This document shows, one piece after another, positions 13,220 through 25,093 of a DNA stretch of 64,000 bases. Source of the stretch: Auanema rhodensis (taxonomy: Eukaryota > Animalia > Nematoda). Below the pieces are notes generated by a model. The model ran no database searches. It was not told where the DNA came from and saw nothing but the letters and a program-made list of their open reading frames with translations. Numbering within the stretch: the first letter of the stretch is position 1; each line of letters begins with the position of its first letter. The position numbers and the translations under genes were made by a program. The DNA lies in NCBI GenBank assembly GCA_964057225.1, contig OZ059896.1, positions 9,672,001 to 9,736,000 of the forward strand. Reading direction: 5' to 3'.

Positions 13220-13635
13220 GGCCACCGAAGAACCCCTAATCAGAATAGAATTAAATATCTTCCTTTATCACAAAATTATTCCAAAAAAAATTCGTTCAAA
13301 CAAAAATAGTGACTCATAATCGCACAAAACTGTCTCTCCGCAGACAAATCAATAAGAGAGCGTGGAACACATACTACGATAGTTATTAGGCTTCAAACCA
13401 CGTCATAACATAAACTCTATATATCCAATTATTTTTATAAATTAATAAATTACAGATCATCACAGACAGATTGATAAACTCGTTATCATATCTAATAAAA
13501 ATGCCACATGGCGTAACCCACAATTATTAAATATGAAAAAAATATGAATTAACAATCAGAATTAGTCAACAAGAAAATTCCTAGAAAAAATCAGTATTTT
13601 AAAATTAGGATATTCATATGATTCAAGTTTATAAT

Positions 13636-14397
13636 CTAAAGCTCCTCCTTCACAAATTGAGGCTTCAGTTCTTCAATCTTCTTGATGAACTCGCTCTTTT
13701 CGGTGCAACCCTTACAGTTCTGAAATGGTACAGTTATAATTTTTTTCTATCTCTCTTATATACCTCGCCCCATTCCAAAAGAATGTTTTTGAGTTCCTTA
13801 ACTCTCATCTTCTTCAAATCAATTGTCTTCCAGTCAAGAGGTTTATCTAAACGAAGATGATTTGTTAATTTATCTCTAGTTTTAAACATAAAAAGTAGGT
13901 AAATTTAATAATATAGTAAGTACTGTTCAAAATATTGAAAAAATTTATCAAGATTCTAATAATAAAACTAACATACCGTATTTGAGTTCGCAAATTTGTT
14001 GATCCTTAGATTTTAACTTTTCGCAAACCTTGGCAGGTGGCATGGACCAAGATAAAGGTTTCTGGACATCATTCATAATAGAAGTAGCAGATTCAGGAAG
14101 AGCACCAATGTAAAAACACTAAAATATGTTTGAGTGTATTAGAAAAGAAACGAAATTGGCTTACGAATTTGTTTTCTTTCTTCACGGTCTTAGCACAGTG
14201 CTCGCGGATAGCAATTCCTATACTCTCAGGTTTTTTGGCATCTATAGCTGCCACTTTAGCCATGGCATCAGTCAATACTTTTGTACATACTGAACTGACC
14301 AACTTAAAAAAACACACAAAATATCGAACTAACCCTCGCACTGTTGAGCAGAAACGGCTGCAATCGCAGCAACTGCGAAAATGAGAAAAGTTTTCAT
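13636..14397 (-). CDS. manf-1: MANF/ARMET ER-stress protein
   Basis: Signal peptide, [62 protein letters not shown]-terminal KEEL. Confidence 0.96.
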
Positions 14398-14547
14398 ATC
14401 TGCAAAAAAGCTGATTTTGCTAAAAATGAAAACGATCAATATCTAATCAACAAAAAAGAAAAGCTCTATAGTCTCAGTAACTTAAATAGAAGAGAACTGA
14501 ACTACTTTAGAAGCAAAATGGTTAAAATAGCGTCAGCACAAATAGTC

Positions 14548-14555
14548 TGACGTGT
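14548..14555 (+). promoter_or_regulatory. UPRE/XBP-1-type site TGACGTGT about 150 nt upstream of manf-1
   Basis: Exact TGACGTGT next to a known UPR target gene; related sites at 13398-13405 and 12568-12575. Confidence 0.5.
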
Positions 14556-14962
14556 ACTACTACACTAAGAGCGCGCCAGCAACCGTTAGCCCAAATAATA
14601 TGTGGTCGTCAACCTTACAAAAGTATGTCTACAATACGAGTTTCATTGTTCAAATAGGAAAAATTTTTTAATTTTACAGTATAATTAGTAATCATGCACT
14701 ATGAATAACTGAATAAGTACCAGTAGCACTGATAAAAGCAATACTATAAGACTTGAATATCTGAAGCACAAGTGGTTAACAAGGTGAAAAACAATGCAGT
14801 CATACGATAAATCCGAATATATCAAGATCTACATAAGATCAATTATTAAGAAAAGTGCTTATTGTGATAATACCCGGATTCACTGATGGAGTTAATATTA
14901 TTCCAACACATTTAAGAATATAAAAAAAGCAAAGTGAATGATAAAACGTATGGAAGACTAGC

Positions 14963-17092
14963 TTATTCAAGCTTTTTCGGGGCTGCGAAACGCCTGTGTA
15001 GTGGCACCAGAGCCCATAATAGTGTCGCTAGAAGAGGAGCAAGTGAAAAAAGTAAAATCTGTAATAAAATAGAGGTAAAAAAAGTTACTACCCGTAATAT
15101 CCAACTCACTGAAGGTATGAGCATATCAGAAATATCATCGGAACTTTCTAACTTGAATGAAGATATGGAATTTGCATTTACAATTTCCAACTTTGGTTGT
15201 TCTTTTCCCGTTTCCAAAATTTGTTTTTCCAAATCTTTGATTCGTGCTGAAAATTATAATTAAATGATTACTATTTTAAGGTAATTACTTTGTAGATCCA
15301 AATTCTCTTTCAAAACTGTTTCCATTTGCAATGTTATCGAACTGATATCCTCGACTATTTTGGTTTCCGATTCTATGAAAAGTTTAGAAGAAGTAAAAAA
15401 AAGACGTAGTTACCTGTTATTTCTTGTTTAATTTCAAAATTCTCCTCTGGTTTTGGACCTGGAGGTTCGGGGACGCTTTCTTGGGATCCGATTCCGTGAC
15501 ATTTGAGTAAATCAAAGAGATCAGATAATAAATCTTCATGACCAGCATGCTTCTCATTATGAACAGATTCTTTTACCCGTTCGATCAGAACAGGAAAAGA
15601 TTGCTCCAAAGCTAAAAAAAGACTTATAAATGTATACAAATGTTTTAAATGCCTCTTTCAACAATAGCTTCGTCTGCCAAAGCCTCTGCAGCTCTTAATT
15701 CTTCTTTAGTATTGAAGTAGTGACGTTCCATTTCCTACAACATGATGATAATTTTTGACAAGACAACAAAATGGTACCGTAATGGCATGTTTTACCAAAC
15801 TATATTCTTTCTGAACCCCATCAAAAGCTTTAATTGTCTCCAAAAGCTCACGCTCTGCGATTTGAAGCTACAAAAAAAGAAAATAAATAAGATTAAAAAT
15901 TTGCACTAACTCTCTGTCTAAGGCGACTACATTCTTCTTCAGTATTAACTAGACTTCTGTCAATGTCAGACAGCCGTAGTTCATACTCTGCTCGTTCTTC
16001 TTGAGCTCGTCTAATAACTTCCAAGTAACTATATTAAAAAACGAATATCAAACCGTAAAGCATCCTTCGCCATAGATTCAAATTTAGCTTTATCTTCAAT
16101 CAATGCTATCATTTCTTCCTTAACTTTGTCTATTGAAGGAGACTTCGTATAAACAGATAACTGGGCTTCCAAAGTTTCAATTCTGATAAATAAAATGCTT
16201 ATCAAAGTTTCATACAGACACATACCGAGACAAAAGACGGTCTTCATTTACAACTGCCTTTTGAGCTGCAGACATTAAGACTTCGGTAGAATACAAAATA
16301 TTTTCCAAGTCTCTGATTTTTTTTTGTGTAGCTTCTTCTCTGAACATGAACAATCAGTATTAGAAGAAAATGGAAAAAAAAACTTCACCTGTAAGCTGCT
16401 TCAGTAATATATTGTTGTAGTTGAAAAAGTTGATGGCTATTAATAAGAGAAGATACCACCATAGAATTTGACGAACTAGAAACATATATTTGTTAATTGT
16501 TTCTAAAGCATAAAAAGCTACCTAGAAGGACCAGATATGGTAGAAGTGTTTTCAACTAATTCTCCATCGGCATCAAATAGCTGAATCGAAGCATATATAC
16601 ACCCATGAGCAACTAGGAACATTATCATTATTCTATTACTTTATATTATTCAAAATACCTTTATTGGTGTTTTCAACTATTTCAACGCCGAATTGAACAA
16701 TATCTCTAGTAAAAATTTGTCGTGCTTCAGATTCCTCCCCTGAATTATTTAGATTAAAAAACTTTTCGACTAATAAATTACCTGTAACAGCTAATCGTTC
16801 ATTATTTACAAAGGTTCCATTACTACTTCTTGTGTCGCGAAGAAAAAATTCGCCATTTTTGTACCACATGACAGCATGGTTTCGAGATAATACCTGCAGA
16901 TTTCTTCAGTGTTAGAAATCCAAAATGAAAACTTACTTTACAATCAAAAATTCCATTATCTTTACTAGGTTTTAATCTTGCTACTGCACGACCAATTTTG
17001 AGAGGGTCTTCTTCAGAGCCAACGGCTGCTGTGCGCTCATCGAATGGGTGGCTTTTTGCGATAGGGGATAAAATAATATAGGGACCCTGCAT
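14963..17092 (-). CDS. SLMAP: SLMAP homolog (FHA domain, coiled coil, tail anchor; STRIPAK component)
   Basis: SHPFDER...[21 protein letters not shown]|VLSRNHA...[11 protein letters not shown]...DIVQFGVEI, coiled-coil exons, and hydrophobic last exon [20 protein letters not shown]. Confidence 0.92.
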
Positions 17093-18214
17093 CACCACCT
17101 AACTACAATCTGAAGCAAGCAGGGATAATTATTATAAATTTAACAAAATTAAAAAAAGCAGTCTTTTTTCAACAGAACAATAAGTGATTGATAGCAAGTT
17201 GAACAAAATAAAACAAGACAAAAATTTTTGAATGAACGCCTACAACTGCGTATTTTGCGTATTAATGATGAACCCTGAGGGGTTTCCTACTTCATATGAA
17301 GAATAGCAGTATTTTCGAAACGCAGACTAGTAAATATTCCCAAAAGTAGCCAAATTTTAGGATCTCTCTCTTAGCTTTAATTGGTCGTTTTTTACTTTTT
17401 CAAATCTGAAAATCGAAAGAATAGTAAGTAAAAACGTGGAAAACAACATTATGCGAAAGAGCAAGGCTTGCAGCTATCGACATTGACTTCCTACCACCCC
17501 AATTTCCATCTTTTGCATAAAACATAGTAGAACATTTGAAGATATGCTCATTCGCGGCGAGATGTAATCGTCACAATATTGGCTTTTAGAATGAAATTAT
17601 TATCGATTCCAGATGAATCTCCTTAATTGTATTCCTTCGTTATGGTTGCACTTTTTTGCTAATTACAGAGAAAAGATTTCTTTTCAACTTTGTAAACCTG
17701 TGATGATTCAGTGGGAAACTCGTGTGTTCTCATTACATCTGCATCACTTGCAATGCTTACAATTTTTTTCATGTTGTGTGAAATAAAATATTCTTTAATA
17801 TAATTGGAAATAATAAAAAATTAATTAAGTTTTTACCATAAAATATAGTTCATATAAGTATATTTTGTTACCGTAAACAATAATCGTTAACAGATACACC
17901 GGTCAATTGAGTTGAAAGACATCAAGAAAAACCATAACTTAAAGCCTTCCACAAAAGCTGAAATTGCACAATATGTGTCTACAACGTCATGGATCATATA
18001 TCTCAAACTAATAATACTACATAACAAATACTAGATAAATATTGATAAAATAAGCTCTACAAACAAATCATCGTGAATTTAATATACAGACATTTTTCTA
18101 TGGATTCGATATATTAAAATAGTTAAGTATTAGAGTAATATTATAGAGCTATGAAAAGGGATCGGAATATTGAAATCGGTTTCGATAAAAGCTATGTTTG
18201 GAGTTCCGCTTCGT

Positions 18215-20315
18215 TTATTTTGTCGGTTGGCAATGCTTACATGTTAAGGGACAATAGCTTTTCATTACGAAGAAAAAGGACGCTCGTTTACAATATTGAG
18301 CAAAATGTGGACAGTCCACAAAATGATCCATACATTCTGAAAAATAATATATTATGACTTGAAAGTGCAAAATGATCCTACTTTCTGCGTTGTCCCCGCT
18401 TGACTTTTCCTTTTTCTCCTTTGGTTTTTCTGTGGTAGAAGGGCGCGACTTATCCTTCCTTTTTGGCTTACATTGATATAATTTATTAATCTGAAAATTG
18501 CAACTTTAGTTTTCTTTTCAATGAACTCTATTTTAGAAAAGAGTCAATAATGCATGAACGAATAATCTAGAATTGAACGTTTGTCCGGTTTTCACGAATT
18601 CGTATGAAACCATTTTGTTTGTGTTTCGTATTTCCTTTTGGAACATGAAGTGCCTTAAATTGAAATAGCTGCTTTGGCGTTCAAGAGATGTTATCCGTTC
18701 AAGTTTTAAATTTTTTTATTTACCTTTATTGGAACTTGTAAAAACAACTTGCCTTTACTATATCTAAGGGAGATAAATCCGTTGCACTTCCAATGATATC
18801 AGTAAAACCTTCTTCTACTGTTTCGATCGTATTCTTCCCATTTCTCGAAAATGCTGTTGAGTCGTAATGCATTATGGAACGATAATCATATTTTTCCCCT
18901 TGAAGATCCTAAAAATGGTTTGCAAATTAGATATCGAAATAAATTCGTTAGACATACTTGAAGAGCAACAGAAATTTTATCGAACTGAGATTTCATTCCT
19001 GGCAAAATGTTTTCCCATTTGATTCTTATATGATCTTCTCTATCTACAAAACATTCAATTAATACCTTTGTAGAATACAAAACGTTTTTGATCAAAGAAC
19101 TATATCGAGAAAACAAATAAACAAACCGGCTCGACTATGCTCATGCCAGAAGCCAACAGAGTGCATGAGCTCATGAACTATGATTTCATGGAACAAGCAA
19201 CCACGTCCTAACGAAATTTCTTGCTTTCCTCCCGTTCGGCCTACTTGTGAATAGCATCTAAAAAAAAAAAAGTTCAAAAAATTAAACACTGTTTACCCGA
19301 AGCCTTTCACAATGTTCAAGTAGTCAGTCTCATCTGACCGTTTCTGGAAGCGGATGCATGTGGATTTCTTGTAGCTGGCAAATGCTTTTTCAATAGTTCG
19401 AACCTCAGATAGGGCTAAAATGTTGTTTATTGAAATAAGAAAATAATCTAAATTTTTGACGTGTCCGTTAAAATATAAAAACGAAAAGATAAACGAGAGA
19501 TAGATCAAGGATAAGAAAAGCTAACGAGAAAGCACGAGAAAACAAAAGAAAAGAAATTTGATGAGACTAATATTAGGGAACATTCAGTGCTGCGTGAGAA
19601 GTTTGAACAAATGAACTGTGTTAATAAAATTGGAAAGATTAATAGAAATTATACAACCAGACAGAAAAAATGAGACAATTAATTTTTTTTAAAGATTTCT
19701 CTCATTCTCAATAAAAACTAATTTGATTAAATTATCAATGTTATTCGCTCATCCTCTCCCTTATTTGAAACAAAATTAGAAGAATGTTAAGGTTGTACCC
19801 AAAAGTTTAAACTAAAGCAACACAATTTTTAGTAAATTAGAGATAAGATTCATATATATAAACTGAAATAATCGATTTTTTTAAAGTTTAGTGTCTCATT
19901 TTTTTGTCTATTACGGTAGGACAGATTGAAGAAAAACTTACTCACAAAATGCTGAATCCATTACATATGGTATTATACCTCCAGTCCAAGTCAGTTGTTT
20001 ATTTTTTAAAGCATTAAAGTAAACTGTGCCATCCTGAAATGGTTTTCTATTATGTAATAGCGTAACTTATAGCAACTCTTAATACCGGCTGATGTAATAA
20101 ATGTTCGTCAACCCCATCAATATCTCCTTGAAATTTACCTAAAATATAAATGTTTTACAATTAAACTGCGTTTGATCACCTGAAAATATCCATTCATGGT
20201 GCGCTTTCCTATGCTCAGTTGGCAAATATGGAGCTATTTGGCCAAGAAAGACATTATGCGGCTGTGAGTTTACAAGCTGGAGTAAAACTACCGATGAAAT
20301 AAGGAAACACAACAT
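18215..20315 (-). CDS. nas-6: Astacin metalloprotease with C-terminal ShKT domain
   Basis: Signal peptide, FQGDI prodomain, [15 protein letters not shown] zinc motif, SIMHY Met-turn, Sh[37 protein letters not shown]; closely matches my recollection of C. elegans NAS-6. Confidence 0.93.
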
Positions 20316-22696
20316 GCAGATATGTGCAGGAACTCAGTTTACGTATTCGAGGAGGAGGAAAGAAGAAGGTCGTGAATGATGGAAGTTCAACTTTTCTCCA
20401 ATGTTAACGGACTCTCTCCTGCAATAAACATAAATTTAAAAGTTAAAACGGTTTTATTATGTAAAGCATAAAGAAGTGATAATGGTCAAAAACGAAAGGC
20501 TAAACAGGATAACGATGTGCTTCACTTTGTTCTTTTTTTGTTTTGACAAGGTGTTTGAAGCCTAATCTCTATTAAGAACACTCGAAATTTTTGGGACATA
20601 CAAAATTGGTAGGCATCATGAATTCAAAACATCATGAACTATAAAATATGTTTAGGATCTGAACATATAGTAATTGATCGTGGACTGAAACAAAATCTAC
20701 AGCGTTGAAGAGGTGTCAATTGAAAAAGAAGCTTTCAGAAGCAAGGGAGATGAAGATGGGTGGAGAATAACTCCTTGGAGGAGAAGAAAAGACTGTGAAA
20801 TAACAGTGACACTTGAGGACAACGACATGGACTCGACAAGGAGTTATAAGTTTAAATGGGAGGTATACGAGACTTGAACTTCATCATATACGATGACTTC
20901 ATATCAGAAAATATCTGATGACGACAGAAGCAGTCATCGAAACCGTGGAGACTCGAAATACAATCGACATAAAATCTTTTCAAATGCACATGTCCTGATG
21001 GTTCGGCTTCTGGTTTTTCTCTTGCTTCTCTCATCACCTCTCAAAACATTGAGCAGTATTTCTTCCCCGCGTCGGCTCTCTCGTTGTGTTCCTTTCGTCT
21101 GACGGTTTATCGACGGTCATTCACCTAGCATTCTCGCACATTGCTCTTAGCCTATCTCATGTTCCCTCCTATCCCTGTCCTGTCGAATTTAGCAGACTTA
21201 AGGATTGCTTAGAGAGAATAGGATATCAAGAGAGGACAAGATTATAGAAAGAAGAAAGATAGACTAACTTCAATCCCAATACCCTGGGTTCCGAGATCCC
21301 CCTTTCTTTCTTTTTTGACATTTGCACTGACCGACAAATGCACAAATAGACAATTGGTTAGACAAAAAGTCTCACCGATGAGCTGTCACTTCAGTCCAAT
21401 CCTATTCTCTTTACCAACACGCTGTTCAGTCTGAGACTTGCTTGGATTCTAATATATTTAGAAAATTCTTGAATATTGATTTAGGTGGAGACCTTTTCAA
21501 GGTGTCTTAATTTCTTTTCAGGGAAACAGAAAACCGTGAAAAAAAGAAGAAAACTTTGAAGTGGAGTACGTAACAGTAAAACTCAAATACAGCATTTTCT
21601 TTGTGAATTCCCGGAATAGGGATACTGAAGTCGTGTAATGTTGGATATATAGTTTAATATTCTTTAATGTATAAGATGCTGGATAGTATATGTACCAAAA
21701 CCGGGTCTATATACATACATATGTTTTTGCTCAAGCTGGATTTTATTGTAAATAGTCCTAAAGTTTCTATCCAGTCTAGCATTTCTGAATATCAGCTCTT
21801 CATGAAAAAATTGAAGAACTTCTATTCAAACCAAGAATCAAAAAGGGATTTTATTCGACTGGTTTATTATTTTTTTTAGTTATTTTATTATACATTTTTA
21901 AGCTGATTGATATTTTAATTTTAACTTAAAGATGTGAAAGATCGTCGAAAGATCTACAAAAAACAAACATTGTATAAATGACAGATGTAAATAGAAATTC
22001 AAATAAACTGGAATTTGAATCTTTAGAATAAAGTTGTATGAAAAACAAATTTTTTTTATCTTCTGTAAAAGGAGTTAGAGGTAATAGGGGAAACATAAAG
22101 GTTTAAGAATACAAGAAAATATTGGAAGCTATGAAGGTTTGAGCAAAGGTCTTATATCTCATTCGTAAAGATGTAGTAAACATATTTACTTTTTATAAGG
22201 ACAAACAACGGTAATAGTAGTGATCAGAAGATGACAAAACTTTTTTACTTCACGGGATTCTAATAATACTAAATGTTCTTATGGGGGCCAAATTTGCAAT
22301 AAATAAAATGATTTATTCATCTTTATAACTAGTAGATTTTAGGATTTATCTTATCTTATATAAGACCATTATAATTATGTTTCTACATTTACATTAAATC
22401 AATGATCTTCCATTATACAATCGTTGTTAGAAATACATATATGGAAAAATTGAGGGCCTTGGTGGTATACATAGTGGTCACTAATACATGGTCAATCAAA
22501 GGATTATCAGCCATGGAAACGCGAAAGGTTCAAGCCAACAACGGATATACTGCCCTACCATCACATAACATTACACATAGATCTGACACTACATGTGGTT
22601 AATACCCACTATGTTAATGTTTTATCTATGCACCATAATATTTCTTTTTTTTTCATAATGAAATTGGAAAATAATCAAATAATATTATATATTTAG

Positions 22697-24837
22697 ATGA
22701 AGATAACAGTTAGAGCAACTGTTTTCACATTTCTAATTACAATATCAGGAGCAGATGCGTTTGATTGGGGTGATTTCCACAAGGTTTGTTCAACTAATTC
22801 ATACTCATGAGAAAAAAAAGACAAAATATTTTGAAAATTATAAAACGAACGACGTTGTTAAAGAGAAGTTCTTTTGACGACTGTCAGCACTTGCTTGTTA
22901 TGTTCTCAGAAAAATTGTCAGGCTTCTTCAAAAACGCCCATGCAGGGCAGAAATCAGAGCTAGTTTTTGTCGAAAGCACGTTTATTTTATTTTGAAGATG
23001 TTTCACGTTGACTTAATCTCTCGAGCATTTTGATGAATCATGAGATTGCTATTGATAATCTCATGAAAGTCTTCTGGCTATCAATCTAGTTTATTCATAC
23101 TCAAATGGCTTGCCGTTTGATTCATCCTTGATCTCACTCAACCGTCCAAAACATTTTTCTGACAATTCAGTGATTTTGATATGTAAACAGTATTTCAGAT
23201 TGCGGTCATATTTTTTTCTTTTTTCGGATCCTCTCTTATTCTGGGAGCAATTGTGGCAGTAGCATATTTTGCATTTATAAAATCATGGTAAATTGATATT
23301 TCGTGACATTTTTAAAATTCGATAGGTGTCTTCTTATTGTTTGATATTCAATTCCAATGTATTTTAGGTTTGAATCGTTTCGAGAAGATGTCAGAGAAAC
23401 TCATCGTTCATTTCATCCTTGGCCTCCTGGATCAGCAAAATGGCAGTTGCAGCAATTTAGTGAGTTACACACTTTTTTTGGAATTCAAAAAATCTTTCTC
23501 ACGTTTTTTCTTATTCAATGCTATCTGATACGCTTGCTCTTTTCTCTCTCTCTCTATTTACCTACATAACTGATAAGTAAACACATGCATTTACAAACAT
23601 CTGCATGCTTGGGCGAGTGCTGTATGATTCAACGACTTTTTTCAATTGTTGAGTCGAATTCAAAAGTTTAATGTTGAATACACTATACCTGTGCTCTGCT
23701 CTATGATCGACAAAACTAATTTACTAATTTAAAACCTAATGTGATTCGTTTGAGTTTTAACTCATATCATGAAGAATAGCTTTCTTGCATCGTTCTATCT
23801 TTCATTTTGAAAGTACTTGCAGTCACTATATAGATATACATATATATTCTCTCTTCTTTCTCTCCTTTCACTCAATAGTGTTCTCACTGTTTGAGTTTTT
23901 GAGCATAAGTCTCTTGTTCAACTTCTTCTTCAGTTCGTAGCTCAAGATACGCTGATCCTTCCCAAGCTGGTGCTTCTACACGTTATCAAACAGAATCTGT
24001 TAAATCAGCTCCAGCTATGATAAATTCTGTCAGTCAAAAACTTCCACCTGCTCCAATATCTCCGGGATATCTTCAAACTCCATTGCCACCTGCTAATTAT
24101 CAGGTAACCCTATTTTTTAAAAGTATGGAAAATAACAAACGTACAAATTTTACACTTCTAAATTGAAATTTGAATTATAGATAAAGAACCTAACCAATAT
24201 AATAACAACACATAGGAAGAGCATTGATAAAATATAACTGATTCATTTGACAATGATGCTTTTCTCCGCAATATTTATTTAGTGATGCACACACGTAACG
24301 CATCATTCATTCGAACAATAATTATTACTTTAAAATATTTCTTACAATTATTATTTATTTCTAATACTTTGAAAGTTTTGTTTATTATAGGGGATGTCAT
24401 ACAACGGATTCAGATCATATCAACAACCTTTACCTTCAATTATGATTCCAGACAGTGAACGAGTAGTCATATTATTTAAGAATATAATAATTTTAATTGT
24501 TTAAGTATCCTAGTCCACATCCATTACCGGAAATATCACCATCTAGGTATGTTCATAGTACTCAGCCATATGATCAGAAGCTTATTCAACCAACCGGTAA
24601 TCATTGATATATTTGATCTTAAAAATCATGAATAATGTAGCACCATCAAACCTACTAACACCTTCTTATACTATGCTTGAACATGGCCAAGTGGAAGAAA
24701 TGGAACGCCGTAGAGATGTTAAAACTCCTCTATCGCCTGAGCCTCTAGAAGCAATAACAGTACGAACAACTACTACTACCAGAAGAACAACAGTTCTCAG
24801 CCCTATTCAAGACCGAAGAAACCAAACACTTGTTTAA
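22697..24837 (+). CDS. Single-pass membrane protein with tiny ectodomain, Pro/Tyr/Ser-rich tail and PDZ-binding C-terminus
   Basis: Seven exons splice in frame (starts about 22697, 23199, 23368, 23934, 24391, 24506, 24641): signal peptide, FDWGDFHK, TM IAVIFFSFFGSSLILGAIVAVAYFAFI, tail ending RRNQTLV*. Confidence 0.75.
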
Positions 24838-25093
24838 AAATGAACTTTATTATTTCTATTAAAAGAACCGATCTCCTTCTCCTTCTATTTTTGAAGTAAA
24901 TGTTTCATTTTTTCTCGTAACTATATACATATAATTTCTTCAACTGTACGTAATCACGTACACATCTAGTTTAAATTTTCCGTATTTTAAATTTTTGCTT
25001 GATTGTATATGATCGGCTATTCATAAAATAAATAAGGTTTTAGTAAAATCAGAAAATTTCTTCAAATCAAACTAAAAAACAATTTTATTAGTT

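Noticed and set aside
14963-14977. KKLE dilysine motif at the SLMAP C-terminus
   Set aside because: In a tail-anchored protein the C-terminus is not cytosolic, so COPI retrieval via KKXX is unlikely.
20760-21110. GC-richer segment with overlapping short ORFs upstream of nas-6
   Set aside because: No consistent splice structure or recognisable motif; more likely promoter or UTR sequence.
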